Below, one piece after another: positions 1 to 14,503 of a stretch of DNA of 64,000 nucleotides (position 1 is the stretch's first letter; every line of letters starts with the position of its first letter). Origin of the DNA: Octopus bimaculoides (lineage: Eukaryota); NCBI RefSeq assembly GCF_001194135.2, contig NC_068990.1, positions 64,665,468 through 64,729,467 of the forward strand, given 5' to 3'. Position numbers and translations under genes: made by a program. The notes under the pieces were generated by a model. The model was given only the letters and a program-made list of their open reading frames with translations, searched no databases and had not been told where the DNA came from.

Positions 1-77
1 TGAGCTCTCTTCAGCTGGGAGATATCAATATTAACTGATTATTGATTATTGATATATTATTTATGTATTATCTGCAG

Positions 78-247
78 GCAAAGTCACATTACCCAACCAG
101 CAAATATGGTTTTTAAACGAGCAAAACATCATAAAGGGTCTATTTACTGCGTTGCCTGGAATTATCAAGGCAATGTTATTGCAACTGGTTCAAATGACAA
201 ATCTGTGAAGTTGACAGCATTCAATTTTGAGTCTTGTACTGCTGAAG
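78..247 (+). CDS. WDR47: WDR47 internal exon (WD40 repeats), peptide ...KRAKHHKGSIYCVAWNYQGNVIATGSNDKSVKLTAFNFESCTAE
   Basis: Acceptor tctgcag ends at 77 and donor gtaagt starts at 248. The peptide matches the recalled WDR47 C-terminal HHKGSIYCVAW..G..ATGSNDK segment. Confidence 0.93.
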
Positions 248-497
248 GTAAGTTTGTAAATTCTTCATATTTGTGTCTTTTTATATATATATATATCAGA
301 TTTACATTCTTCCCAGGCTAGTAAATGTAACTGTTTTTGGAAAACTCATTCACTGGATTTTCTTTTCTTAAGATATTGGCCTCTACAAATCTATGAATGG
401 CAGTTTAAGGAAAAATAAATTACAAAAAAAATTATAACTTTGCTCAAGTTTTATTATTTTCTTTTCTCTTATTGTATTTCTTCTTTTTTTTCTGTAG

Positions 498-668
498 GTC
501 CTGAAATTGAGTTAAACCACCATGATGGCACCATTAGGGATGTGCTGTTCATGGAAGAATCCCCAAGTCATTCCTCTATACTGATCAGTGGTGGTGCCGG
601 GGATTGTTCCATAGGTGTAACTGATTGTGATCGTGGACAGTTAGTACGTAAACTCACTGGACATTCTG
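498..668 (+). CDS. WDR47: WDR47 exon, GPEIELNHHDGTIRDVLFMEE...LISGGAGDC...TDCDRGQLVRKLTGHS
   Basis: Polypyrimidine tract plus tag ends at 497; donor gtatgt at 669. Phase 1/1 fits both neighbours. HDGTIRD and GAGDC motifs of WDR47. Confidence 0.93.
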
Positions 669-2389
669 GTATGTAAACTGCATTACTAAATCCACTTGGG
701 GCATCAATTTGGGTTACTTTCTGATTTTGAACTGCCTTTAATTTCAAATCCACTTGCAAGTTTTAATCTCCTGTTCAATAAGGAGGTACAGAGTGAAATA
801 GAGATATGAGCTAATATGATTGATTTCACAAACTATAGAATATATATTTATACCCAAAGTGTTATTTGCATGCCATGCAACCATAAATCAATGTGTTACT
901 ATTAGCATTGTGTTAGAATTTTTATTTTCAAAGTACTTTACTCTATGTTCTTATAACCCAATAAGTTGTAGGGAGCATCACTTGACAAAACTTGCTCACT
1001 TGACATAGTGATTTAAGAGAAGATACAGAGGTTTTGTTTCTTTTTAAGCCCATGGAAGGATTTTCGTTTAGCAGTGGGCAGGAAACCTCACTATTTTGAT
1101 GGTAACCCTGGAGCTTATCAGCTCGGCTAGCTATGAGTGTCAATTTTATTTTCTTCAATCCAGAAAGTCAATAATTTATCCAACTTCTCCACTTTGAGGT
1201 TGAATGATTCATGTTGAGAAGGGACAGCTGCTGCTTACAAACTATTTAAACCTCATTAATTCAAGCCTTACTATAATCACTGCTGTTACCTTGTGCACAG
1301 CATTTTGTACTATTTAGTTTAATAAGACACAACTCTTCATCTAAATCTTCAGTTAGCATTAGCAAAAAGGATCTAATTTTAAACATCAGCATACTGGCTT
1401 GTCACACAACACTATGTCACAATACTGAGTTATTTTTTAACTGCTTGTCTATTAAAACATTGTTGTCATATTTGTGTTGTTGAATGAATTTGCTTCAAAA
1501 TTTCACACAATGTATAAAAAAAAATAGATCATTGATTACTGAAATACAAAAGACCAGTAAATAGTTTGTCTTTATTTACTTTGTATATAAGGAAATAGTA
1601 AATTGCATACAACTTAAATATCAGTTGCTGTCTTTCTGTCAGTGACACTCACTGCAAAGTTCAAACTCAACAATGCATGCTAGCATTATTTATTGCTTAC
1701 ATGACTGCACCAGTTCAGTGTTAGATGTACTAAACAGCCTGAAAACCAAGAGTCTTGGCCCTCAACACAGCCCAGTGCCAGCAACTGGATACAAATTGTA
1801 AATTTTGGTTAACAGTCAACTTTATTATATTAACACAACTTCACTTTGTCTTCTTTATTAACCCAGTTATTTTTCCATCTGTTACATTTATACGAAAGGC
1901 TTCTGATAATATACTCATCAATGATGCCATTCAAATGGGCACTTAGCCCAAGCTCCACATCAGATTACCACTCCCACCACCCATCATCTCTCTAACTGCA
2001 ATTCTTCCTTTTATCTTTCTTACTACTCAGAACCATTTCGTTAATCCATCTTTCATCTGTTGATAATGTTCTATCCATCAACATTTTATACTGACCACCC
2101 TCCACTGAGCCACCAACTTATTCTCTCCTCCTCCTCCACCACCATACATCTCTCACTAATGCAGTCAACCCAACACGTCATCTCTTCTTCTTCCCCTGTC
2201 TACTGTATCATCATGCCTTTCTCTTTTGCTTTCTTCTGCACCTTCTTACCTCCACCATCCTCGTTGGTGATCCCCACCCCTTATCAACCATTCACTACTT
2301 CCACTCTTCAATCCTACCCAATCTTTACACTTGTCGCCTACCTCTCCTCACCCATTCCCATCTCTCACTCTGTCTTCTACTCTTGCAGC

Positions 2390-2600
2390 CCTCTCTCTCT
2401 CTGCTCATGCTCCTCCTTCCTCTCTCTCTGCTCATGCTCCTCCTTCCTCTCTCTCCGCTCATGCTCCTCCTTCCTCTCTCTCCGCTCATGCTCCTCCTTC
2501 CTCTCCCTCTGATCACGCTCCTCCTTCCTCTCCCTCCGCTTATGCTCCTCCTTCCTCTCCCTCCGCTTACTACGCTCCTCCTTCCTCTCTCTCTCTGCTC
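2390..2600. repeat. ~27-bp pyrimidine-rich minisatellite (CTCATGCTCCTCCTTCCTCTCTCTCTG)n in a WDR47 intron
   Basis: About 8 tandem units read directly, diverging toward the 3' end. Confidence 0.9.
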
Positions 2601-2844
2601 ATATTCTTCATCCCTCTGTCCTCACTTTCTATTTCCTACCTGGGCACCTCATCACTATTTTATCTTTCTCCAACTTAGCTGACCATTCTCAGTATCTTTT
2701 CTAAATGTAAGGCATCATGTAGCTCCTTGGCTACAAGGAACCTGCTCTGCCTCTTTCTCTCATACTTTAACCTCTCTTCTCCTTACATAAAGCCAGCCCT
2801 CCCCTTGGGGTTCATAGTCTTGCAAATTGCTTGGCAACCTCACT

Positions 2845-3040
2845 AGTGCCAGATGCACAAAAAGGAGCATCCTCTACATACTGTAACGTCATTGGCATTA
2901 AGAATGGCATTCACCCATAGAAACCATGCCAAAACAAACACTGGAGCATGATATGCAGTCCTTGGACTCATTGAATCATGTCAAACCATCCAACCCATGC
3001 CAGCATGGAATATGGACATTAAATAATGACAGTGGTGGTG
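2845..3040 (+). mobile_element. LINE-tail-type interspersed repeat (RTE-like 3' end); further copies at about 10630-10815 and 50440-50690
   Basis: All three share ...GGAAGGGCATCCAGCC...AAACCATGCCAAAAC...CCAACCCATGCCAGCATGGAA followed by a (GAT)n-like tail. Confidence 0.6.
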
Positions 3041-3199
3041 TTGAAAATTCTATGTGCTATTTGTTTCAGCTCTTTAAATGTTGCAAAGATCAGATTTACC
3101 TTTCATCCCTGTAAGGTCAATAAAATAAAGTACTTTCTGCCCTTAAAGTTGCTAGCTTTGTGCCTAAATTAGTAACAATTTCTATTGTTTCTTTTAAAG

Positions 3200-3325
3200 G
3201 TCATATATATTCCTTATGTCAGTTAAGTGGACACATGTTTGTGAGCGGCTCTCAAGACAAAACAGCAAGATTCTGGGATCTACGAGCTTCTACTGCGATC
3301 ACGTGTGTACCTAGTATAGAACCAG
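3200..3325 (+). CDS. WDR47: WDR47 exon, GHIYSLCQLSGHMFVSGSQDKTARFWDLRASTAITCVPSIEP
   Basis: Acceptor ttttaaag ends at 3199; donor gtaagt at 3326; phase 1/1; SGSQDKT.RFWDLR WD40 motif. Confidence 0.93.
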
Positions 3326-3619
3326 GTAAGTTTCTCTCTTTAATGCCAAGCATATTTTGAGGGATGAAATGGTATGGCAATGCTATTGATTTCTCAGCCT
3401 GATAAAAAAAAATTAGTTCAACATCTCTAAAAGACATCCATTTGTAAGAACTAAGTGGAGATGGAAATACTCTATAATCTTTAAGAAGTCATTTAGTCAT
3501 CATCAATGATTCTCGGCTCATTATATCTGCAAGTAATGTGCTGAAAGGAAATCAGCTCACTGAGAACTAGGATGTCAGGTTACAAGACAAAAAAAAAAAA
3601 AAAAGATGAGCAGATGTGG

Positions 3620-4020
3620 TGCAGGTGTGGCTGTATGATAAGAAGTTTGCTTCCCAACCACATGGTTCTGGGTTCAGTCCCACTCTGTGGCACCTTGGGC
3701 AAGTGTCTTCTACTATAGCCTCAGGCTAACCAAAGCCTTGTGAGTGGATTTGGTTGACGGAAACTGAAAAGAAGCCTGTTGTATATAAATACATATGTAT
3801 ATATCTGTCTGTGGGTTTTTGTGCTTGCCCCCCATCACTGTTTGACAGCTGATTTTGGTGTGCTTATGACCCTGTAACTTAGCAGTTTGGCATAAGAGAC
3901 CGAAAGAACAAATTCTAAGCTTAAAAAAATAAGTCCTGGGATTGATTTGTTCAGCTAAAAAACTATTCAAGGCAGTGCTCCAGCATGGCTGCAGTCAAAA
4001 TGACTGAAACAAATAAATGA
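3620..4020 (+). mobile_element. tRNA-head SINE family A, intronic copy
   Basis: Head GTGTGGCTGT..TAAGAAG..GGTTCAGTCCCAC, CCTTGGGCAAGTGTCTTCTACTATAGCC core and ...GCAGTCAAAATGACTGAAAC end are shared with copies at 11470, 25850, 26480, 32680, 48425 and 52145. Confidence 0.85.
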
Positions 4021-4234
4021 ATGGCTTCTAAACAGTAAGGTGGAATGTGAGTTAGGAATTTCAGAATCAAGTTAGGATGTTTAAAGATAGAATTAAGATA
4101 AGAAATTATTGCATGGATTTGAGTATTTAAGGAGTGGAATGTACAATTTCCTGTGAGTCAGACTGCCTCATGGCCTCAGCCGAAGAGGCATTGTCCTGGA
4201 GGATCAACCATCATTTCACAACTTTGTTCTAAAG

Positions 4235-4463
4235 TTGAACTCTTAGCAATCAGATCACTCTGTCAAATGTTATGCTTATTTATTCAAATTGTTTTTGAAT
4301 CAATCATGCATTATCATGTAGTGTTAAGACTGCAGTGATGTGATTGTTTGTTTTTAGAATGACATTGTGGGATAGGTGATAGAGGCCAGATCTGGTCAGT
4401 TTGAACATGAAACAGGTTGAATATTATGGCCAGATACGGTCAGTTTAAATGCTAAAGGGTTAA
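4235..4463. mobile_element. piggyBac-like TTAA MITE; copies at about 14720-14918 and 43296-43521
   Basis: Right end AATGCTAAAGGG|TTAA. The 43296-43521 copy has TTAA|CCCTTTAGC at its left end and TTAA at both ends. Internal sequence is shared by all three. Confidence 0.75.
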
Positions 4464-4716
4464 AATTGTCGTAATTAAATGTAATAAAATGAAGCAACTG
4501 TAAAATGTAATTGTTCTCTCTTAATCAGTAATGAGCCACCTGTGGCCTGCTGGTCTTTCTGCGTGGTATGCCCAATAAAAGATTACCTTGATTTTTTTTT
4601 TTTTTCTATAGTGCAGCTCACTTGATAATGACTCTATGTCTCATGCCACTTGCTTCTTGTAAAAAGGTTGCTCACACATGCTCTTGGTAATTTCCAAAGT
4701 TTTGAACCCTGCTTAG

Positions 4717-5118
<402 letters not shown>

Positions 5119-6513
5119 TAAAAGCATGTGAAGCTTTCATTTGAACACAATGTATCATTCAGAGAGCTTGCTGAGGGTTGTTAAATTCTGTTACTCAGAT
5201 GATGTTCTTTACATAAAAAGTAAAGCAAAACGATTGCCAGAATCAGGAAAATTAAGTTGAATAAGTGTGTCTGATGACATTAATGTAACTACAGTACTGT
5301 CCTTTAATTATTGCACATTTGGTTTGGATGTATATTGTTTGGTTAATGTAGGCAAATCTAGTATTACTTCATATGTACAAAGGATCCAATGGATGAGCTA
5401 CATTTGGCCATTTTCTAACACACAGCTCTCTTAATGATATCATTCATTGTGAGCAATACAAAATATTTAATGAATTTTTGTTTGCACATAATTACTGATG
5501 TGTGACAAAATTCACATCATAGGAAATCTTTTAAAACCTCTCATTTCAACCACACTCAGATTAGTGAATATGTATCCCATCTAAATACATCTTAGAATTT
5601 TCATTACAGCCAACTTTGTGAATTTCTCAGTTGAATTTAAATTTCAGTTCAGTGTCTTGCCAGTTCCCACAACTATTCTGTATAGTTTAAACCATAAAAT
5701 AAATGGGATGATCACAGTTGATCAGAGGTTTATTCAATTAGAATCTTGCCCAGAGATAAGTATCAACAACAATCATGTCATCAATCCGGATCAAAAAAGC
5801 ACTTGTGTAAAAGCTTTTCTGACTTTTTTTTTACAATTATAAAGAGTTTACTTTAAGTGAATAAAAGACCTTTACATTGTCTCTCAATCTGCTACAGATA
5901 AGAGCCAAACAAGGAGGATACATAAAATAATGTAGACTTAGGATACAGTCTTGGAAAATAAGATGAGGTTCTCCTGGCTGGAGTGCTTTTGATTATATAT
6001 CTACTTGATGAGGATCAAATTGAGAATTAACAAGTTTATCAATATACCATGTTATATCAACCAAAAGACTGCATTATATAAACCATCTTAACAATATCAT
6101 ATATACAAATGAATCAGAGTAATATTCTTGATTTTGTCTCACAAAATTTTCATGAATCCCAAAGACTTTTTTTTTAATTAACTTCGGTGTCTCAAAGGAT
6201 AAATTAGAAACCAGCTTAGGAGACCAATATGTACAAGAGACAGTCTAAATTTAAATGCAAAAATTTTACAATATAAACTTGTCCAATCTCAACTACAAAC
6301 TAGATAAAACACTGCTAAATTTGGTCAACAAAGCTTGGCATCACATCCAATCTATGGTTACCATTGATGCAGTAGTTGTGTGCCTAAGAATTACACTTCT
6401 TAGTGCTTCATGGTGGGTGCCACCATCTGCCCACTTTATTCTGTTAAATTTACAGCAAAAACTATGTGTCTTTTTTCTTTGCTCGCATAGCAAACCTGTA
6501 AAAGGCTCTTGAA

Positions 6514-7059
6514 CAGGGGTTGGCAAACCGGGGTAAATTACCCGAGAGCGGGGTAAAAATGAAATTCTTGTGGGTAATGAGGACTCATTAGACATAAGTA
6601 AAATTATATAAAATGATGTGTTCCTTGTTAGAACAGAAATTTTTCTTCTGGCATGAGGAGACAGTCAAAAAGTTGCTGGTAAACAAGGATTTTTCACTTG
6701 AATGAGCATAAAAACAACGCAATTGATTGGACCCCAAAGATTGTATCCAAATTGCTCTGGCATCAAAATGCCCCAATTTTGATGTAATTGTAACAAAAAT
6801 GAAACTATCATTTCTCCAAAGCCTGAAGTGAAGAAGTATCTAGAAAAGTCCTTTTGTTTCATAATGAGGATAGTAATTTATTTTATTTCATTTGTTTTAT
6901 ACTTTTTATATTTAGAATTGTATCCTCCATATAAATAGATTCAATAAACCTTTGAATTCAAAGAACCTATGAATTTCTTCCTTTGAAATCAAGGGGGTAA
7001 CATCAGCGTAAATAAATATACTTTGGGGTAATTGGTTAAAAAAAGTTCCCCAACCCCTC
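6514..7059 (+). mobile_element. hAT (Charlie/Buster-like) deletion derivative with C-terminal transposase remnant
   Basis: Imperfect TIRs CAGGGGTTGGCAAAC / AGTTCCCCAACCCCTC. Internal frameshifted KQGFFT*MSIKTTQ...LDPKDCIQIALASKCPNFDVIV resembles the Buster/Charlie C-terminus. Confidence 0.65.
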
Positions 7060-7482
7060 CTCCAGAGTATAGCTTATGCATTAGCAGCAGAGAAATTACC
7101 ATACTCAGAATGATGGTAAATAGCTTGCATGGAAAAAGTGACATTAAAGAAAGGAATGAATGAATGAACTATATGGCACTTTAGACAAATATCTTCTATC
7201 ATCATAACCTCAAATTGAGTGATGATTTGTGACTGAAATTTGGTTAACAGAATCCATACAGAAACCTGTCACCAGAATTGTTCCTCATAGGTTGTAGACT
7301 TAGGCTATCACCCAGTTTAACTCCCACCTGGGTAGTTTTATTAAAGAAGAACATTTCAGTCAGATGTCTGATCTGAAGATAACATTCTCACATCAGTCTC
7401 AGGGACCTTGATTAAGTTCAATGAAGCTGTCTTTCACTTCTGACTAAGTTCTGTAACAAGAAAATAACAATAACGATTTTAA

Positions 7483-7683
<201 letters not shown>

Positions 7684-8380
7684 ATTAAGTACAACTGGCA
7701 TTTGAACTTTCGGAATGCAGAGACTGTTGGTTATCATGGCTGTTGGTACAAAAAGGGTGAGGAAGGGGCTGCTAAATATACAAACTTTAAATAAACAAGC
7801 TACAGCATGGCCAAATCCTGTTCAACCTAATCATGTCATTATTTAACAGATTACACATAAATATATGCACGTACACAAACACACACACACACACACGTAT
7901 ATGCACACATACATATATGTTATGTGAGTGGTTGCCATGTGACTTGTAAAAGTTCCAGTTTTGCCGCAACTAACAAACAACCATTTGTCCAAGAATACAT
8001 TGCCTGATGAAATAATTCCTGGATGGTTTGTTACTCAGCAGGCATGTGTAATTCTTGGCTGGTATTGTTTGTGGAAGGGGTTTCAGAGAATGCTGGTTGA
8101 AGGGAGATTAACATTGAAAGCAATTCGGATGTTGGTGGTGCTGACAATTACTTCACCTTGTCATCCCTGCTTCAATCATTGCATGTGTGTTTTCGTTTGT
8201 TTTTACATACATATAAATATGCACATGTGCACACGCATAAACACATTGTCTCAAAAGCAAGTGCCTGCATGCCCTCCCACACACACACCTACATACATGG
8301 AAGGCAGATGTTAAACGATGATGAAACGCATCAGAAACATGCAGGCATTCATATATCTAAAGAAACATACACATGCACAA

Positions 8381-8469
<89 letters not shown>

Positions 8470-9671
8470 TATATAAATAAATACACACACACACAAATAC
8501 ATATATACACGTATGTATACAAGCATACATTAATTCAAACAGGTCTGTGTATGTGTTTGCATGCAACCCTCCATACTTCCCATTGCCTTCCTTAGCCAAA
8601 CAGTGTTTACCTTTTCCTGTCTCAGCTTTTCCAGGAATCATCCTGACACATAAATGTATTTCTGTGCTTAGTGTGTCTTCTCGAGGTGTTTTACAAATTT
8701 CCGTGTGTTACACAGCTAGACGCAGGTAGAGGTTTGTTTGTTTGTCAGCCAAACAACAAAAAGAAATCAAAGTAATTTTGAATAAATACAATGTAGTTTT
8801 TTTTTAACTTCAGACAAACTCCCATCTTAACCACTGCAATCCCCACCTCCATACCTCCTTTTTAATTCCTATATTTTTATTAAATTAAAAATTTTTTTTT
8901 ATGTATAAATTTTTCTCCCCCCCACCTTTTGTTCTCCCTGACTCACGCTATGCGTTTTTGGTCGTGTGTATGTGTGTATGCATTAGTGCACACACACGCA
9001 CTTGTGTGTGTACTTATTTGAAACTTGAGATTTGTACTCTGTTGCTGCTCCAAATTTCTCATTACTATCATGTTTCTCAAGCTCACCATCGGGAATATGG
9101 CAAAAATATTGATTTCAGATAAAGAAATAGATTCTACATAATGTATTGAGTACTTTTTCTCTCATTTATACACCTAAATGCATGCACACACACACACAAA
9201 CAAACAAAAACAAAAGTGGTTTGGCATTTCAATATCAAGTAAATCCAATTGAAAAATTACTGTTTTGAGACATTTCCTGTGAATATCATTTATCTCTATT
9301 TATTATTTTTATTTTTTGTAATTAAATTATTATTCATACGTTTAAGATATTTTTGTTTTCTAAGATTTATTATTATTATTGGGAAGATGCAATGACCAAT
9401 TGAGACACAGTATTGCTGGCTCCGGAGTTGTGGGCCAGGTAAGAGTTGTCTCCTTCTCTGGCAGGCCATCTCTACTTGCCTGAAGATTTTGTGTTCATGT
9501 AAGATGTTATCTTTATTATAATAATTATTTTTAATATTATTATAATTATTGTAATTATTATCATCAATGTAATTATTGTAATTATTAATGTTGAATTGTT
9601 TCAGTGATTTCTATAATTGTCCGGTCTTAATATTGAATGATTTTTTTTAAAAAATTTTTTTCTTGAATAAA
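7684..9671 (+). other. Probable WDR47 3' UTR region
   Basis: Follows the stop codon. AATAAA candidates at 7790-7795, 8781-8786 and 9666-9671; the site actually used cannot be determined. Confidence 0.45.
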
Positions 9672-11469
9672 ACTGGCAAAATGAATCAAGATTGTAGCTG
9701 ATTTTTCTCTTTTGTCTTCATATACTGTATGTATATATATTTATATACATGCTTATGGAAGGAGCTGTCAAATACAGTATTCAGCATGAGGACACACCAC
9801 AATTTTAATTGTCCTTTCTTAAACCATAACTCCCTATTAATCTAAGACCTAGCCTTATATTTGTAAGTCATGTTGATTTGGTGGGCACGTATAAACTCCT
9901 TCCTATATAACACTAGAAGTTTGCCAGATAACTGAGTCTTCTGGATATCTGTTCATCACTTTTTTCACAACCAGCAAAGCACTCCTCACAGACACAAGTT
10001 TCTGAGATGATTGTGATCTGTAAACAGTTTTGAGTAAGGACTGGAAACAGAAGTATAAACATGCAATGTTTATGTGCACACTGGATTCATAACACAGAAG
10101 AGAAGAATAAAAACGCAATATGCACGTCAAGTTATATGATGGTCTGCATGCTACCTCTGACACTATTATCACACAGCTTTGCTGCAATTTCCTTGTTAAA
10201 TTACCCTAACATCTGACAAAACTCATTAAAACTTTCTCTATATACAGCAGTATCATCATTAATGTTCTGAATTAAGAAATATTTATTGACCTGATAAAAT
10301 TCAAGTTCTGTAAATTCAGAAAAATGGCATGCACTGTACTTTGAGAAACAATGATCCATTTTAGCTACAGTAGAAACATTCTTCCTTTTAATGACAATAA
10401 ATTAGTTAACACAAACTAGCATAAATTCTCTTGATCCTAATTAACATATCTTTTTTTTTTTTTTTTTTCTGGGTGCTGATTACTTGAAAGTATTCGATAT
10501 GAGGGAATTTACAGTAGATTAATTCAGAGTTTTTGCTTCTACAGTCATTATTTTGTCCTTTTCTCTGTCTGAGGGAAAGGAATATGGTGGTTTTAACTGA
10601 ACGTGTTTATGTTGGGCTTATGGTCAGGAGGAGGCTAGGCACCCATGCCAGTGGCATGTAAAAGGCAGTCTGTGGAGTGGTGGGCATCAGGAAGGGTATC
10701 CAGCCGTGGAAACCAAGCCAAAACAGACTGGAGCCTGTTGCAGTTCTCCATCTTACCAGTTCCAGTCTGTCTAACTCATGCCAGCATGGAAAAGAGATGC
10801 TAAATGATGATGATGATAATATCTATGAATGTATATTTCTTAAAACATTAAACAATGCAATTGTATAGCTTTGTAAAGTTTGTAGCAAAGAAAGCACTGT
10901 GTTTGAAATCTATATTATGTCTGTTGTAAAACTAGTTGCTGAAACTTTCTTTCATGAAATAGATAACAGTGTACTGAGTATGGAAATGTATGGAAATGTC
11001 TATGAATTTGGTTACTCATCTGAAATATACCAGGAGTGTGTGTTGGTCTTATTTATTTTTATACTTGTAGATGCTTGGGGTTGCATGCATGTGTATTGGC
11101 TGTTATTTAGCTCTGATCGAGCAAACCTATAATCAAAGCTTTTCAGCTATGACCCCCTTGTATCTTTTTGCTTATCTGGATTATATTGTTTAATGTCTTA
11201 TTTCAAGACAGTAGGTTAGGCTTTTAGGGAGATTTGTTTGCCAGTGCTAGTATAACTGAGAAACCCACATAGAAGTTCCTTTATTAGCTTCCATATCTGT
11301 GTTTACATGTTCATGCAGTTAGAGTAAATTAGTTTGTGAGGAAGCTGTGCTGGTGTTTGGCCCTAAATCAGTCTACATTGAACAGACCTACAAGTAACAC
11401 TACATATAACACCTTCTAATTTTTTTTCCTCAATGCCTTCTATTTCTCTGCTATACAAATATACATGTA

Positions 11470-11884
11470 GGCGTAAGAGTGGTTGTGTGGTAAGTAGCTT
11501 GCTTACCAACCACATGGTTCCGGGTTCAGTCCCACTGCGTGGCACCTTGGGCAAGTGTCTTCTACTATAGCCTCGGGCCGACCAAAGCCTTGTGAGTCGA
11601 TTTGGTAGACAGAAACTGAAAGAAGCGGCGAGCTGGCAGAAACCTTAGCACACCGGGCGAAATGCTTTGCGGTATTTCGTCTGCCGTTACGTTCTGAGTT
11701 CAAATTCCGCCGAGGTCGACTTTGCCTTTCATCCTTTCGGAGTCGATTAAATAAGTACCATTTACGCACTGGGATCGATATAATCGACTTAATCCGTTTG
11801 TCTGTCTTTGTTTGTCCCTTCTGTGTGTAGTCCCTTGTGGGCAGTAAAGAAATAAGAAACTGAAAGAAGCCCATCGTATATATG

Positions 11885-11925
<41 letters not shown>

Positions 11926-12125
11926 ATATGTTTGTGTTTGTCACCCCAACATCGCTTGACAACCGATACTGGTGTGTTTACGTCCGCGTAACCTAGCGGT
12001 TCGGCAAAAGAGACCGATAGAATAAGTACTAGGCTTCCAAAGAATAAGTCCTGGGGTCGATTTGCTCGACTAAAGGCGGTGCTCCAGCATGGCCACAGTC
12101 AAATAACTGAAACAAGTAAAAGAGT
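11470..12125 (+). mobile_element. SINE family A copy interrupted by a SINE B insertion
   Basis: Full family A head, core and tail; interrupted at 11627-11854. Confidence 0.9.
11627..11854 (+). mobile_element. tRNA-head SINE family B (long-tail variant) with 16-bp TSD
   Basis: AGAAACTGAAAGAAGC is duplicated at 11611-11626 and 11855-11870. B-box-like GAGTTCAAATTCC is present. Confidence 0.92.
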
Positions 12126-14340
12126 ATGTATTGCATTTTTATTGGTCATTCTTACACAAGTAGCTGCCATTTGTGCCTTTTAGTCTACCAGCATAGGAAT
12201 TTGCCACACTGAAAAGCAAAGACTAGATTCTCCTCTCCTTTAATGACTTGACTATTAAATAGCAACTAATATAGATTAATGTAGAAAAATTGACCTTCGG
12301 ATTTAGGCTAATCTATACTTTTAATTGTTTAACTCCAGATCAGCTCTTACTATGCAGACCTTTGATCAAAGGGGTTCCTACCATGACCATTTTGGGCATT
12401 GTTTATCAAGGACAACATTATCAACTATAGCTTTCACTTGCCAATGCAACAAGTCAGTAATGATGCAGTGATAACGATCAGTCAGACTGGGGAACGATTT
12501 TGTTGATCACTCATTTGCTAACTCCACAACCTCTCTAATCACTCATTCTCTAACTTCACAACTGCTTCTTGATTAATGAATTACAAGGAGTTTTGAATTT
12601 GAAACATAGTCTTAACCCCTTCATGTCAACCATTCCACCACATTACTATTTCAAGCTGGCAGAATAATTAGAGTATAGGAAAAGTAGCTTGCATTATTTG
12701 TTTATGCTCTTTACATTTTGAGCCCAAATCCTGCTAATGTCAGTGTTGCCTTTCATCCTTCCAAAAGAAAAAAAGCAGCAATTAACCATTTCTCTCCCTC
12801 AAATTTCAAGTGTTATGCCAATGTTAGAACCAACTACATGATCTATGGAAGTGGATAACAGAGAAATGGTTGCTACGTCATAGAATTTAGTTGAGTACTT
12901 CTGTCTTCATAGTCCAATTCTTGCTTAAGTTGATTTTTGCTTTATATCAGTGTATGGGTCATAGCTTTTGGTTCCTTTTTGTTTTCTGTTTCATGTTATT
13001 TCTGACTTCTGATAGTTTTATTAATTTTTCTGATTGTCCCTATCAATATGGGATTAATAAAGTTCTTTTTTGACACCCATGAATCTATTATAAAATTATG
13101 AGGCTCCATTTGCCAATCACGTTGTGTAGTCAAGAGGTCAATATCCAAAGATTTACTGGTTTGCAAGTTTTCCTGATTGTTGCACATTCATTTCTGCGGC
13201 TCTGAGCTACCCACCAAAATGGGAATTTCCATTTTGAGTCATTTTCAAGAGATGACAATTGTTATTTGGCGTAGTTTTATATGCCATATTTCTACATTTC
13301 TGTACTTGCTAAGTTATTCTGGTTCAAAATTTGAAAGAAAAAAAAAAGTTTTCCAGCTTTTTCACTTCGTCCTGTTTTTCACCCGACCTTTTGCACAAGA
13401 AAACATGCTTTTGAATAAGTGAATTCATATGTCCTTTTATGATTTCAGACTTTACTGTAAGATTAGTGAAGGTGGGGATGCTCACCAGCTGTTGTTATTA
13501 AGTAATAGCTGTCAAAACTTGAAATTTTTTTAAATAGTTCCCAAGACATAGATTTTTGCAATTCTAGGTTGGCATTTTTCCTACATTGGTCGAATTAAAA
13601 AAAGAATTGATCGTTAGTGTCTAATGGATTTGAGATGGTGAGGATTAAAGAAACATGCTTTCCAAGATATGGTGTCGAACCTATTTGGAATGATGGGCTC
13701 CTAAAAATAAAAGAAGTTCAATATTTCGAAACAATTAAAATGGTGCTGAAATTTTCAAGAATCATACCTCTTATGAATACTAACAAACGGTATAAATTTG
13801 AAGAAAATCTAAGAACCTTCACGACGGACCCTTATAGAATTTCACTGGAATGCCCCACTCCATATTTTGCAGCATAGACGACATACTTGTTTGTAATAAT
13901 GATAAAATAAATAAATAAAATAGAAACTTGAAAATATGCATCTTCCACGATGTTAGTTGAAAAGTTGCTGCAATGGGTTTTTTTTAAATTTTTTTTTAGG
14001 GTTCACGGAAGTTAGTTCGTTACAAAGACTTTCATTATTTAGCAAATATGCCATAAACATTCTAACTAATAATGTTGATATAAATACGATTACTCAATAA
14101 ATAATAAAATAGTCTTTTAAACTTTGCTACGACTTCACTGTGTTGTATTGTGTACTACGGTAATACCCGGTGGTTTACCCAACGACGAGCATGAACACTG
14201 CTGGTTTGCCTATTCGTTATGGACGGAGTTTTCGTAAGCAAAAAAAAAAAAAAAAAAAAGGGTACGTCTTCCATGATGCGACCCCTACCATGCCGCAAAA
14301 TACACAATGTAAATCTTTCGTGAATATTCTGGAAATCCTT

Positions 14341-14503
14341 AGGCGGTCAGGCTAGCTGGCAAAATAATTCGCGACATTTTGTTCGTCTTCACGTTCTGAG
14401 TTCAAATTCCGCTGTGGTTGACTTTCCCTTTCATTTCGTCGGGGTCGATGTAATTGACTTACCCAACTCACCCGATATTGCTGGCCTTGTGCCAAAATTT
14501 GAA
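14341..14503 (+). mobile_element. SINE family B copy; other dispersed copies at about 12650-12830(+), 37284-37440(-), 46310-46700(-), 47040-47505(-, two), 52680-52880(+), 53320-53530(+), 54826-55032(+), 63190-63460(-)
   Basis: Shared GAGTTCAAATTCCGCC..GTCGACTTTGCCTTTCATCCTTTCGG..GTCGAT...GGCCTTGTGCC blocks. Confidence 0.8.

Noticed and set aside
2060-2682. Long ORFs of 99-150 aa
   Set aside because: They arise from the pyrimidine-rich minisatellite inside a WDR47 intron.
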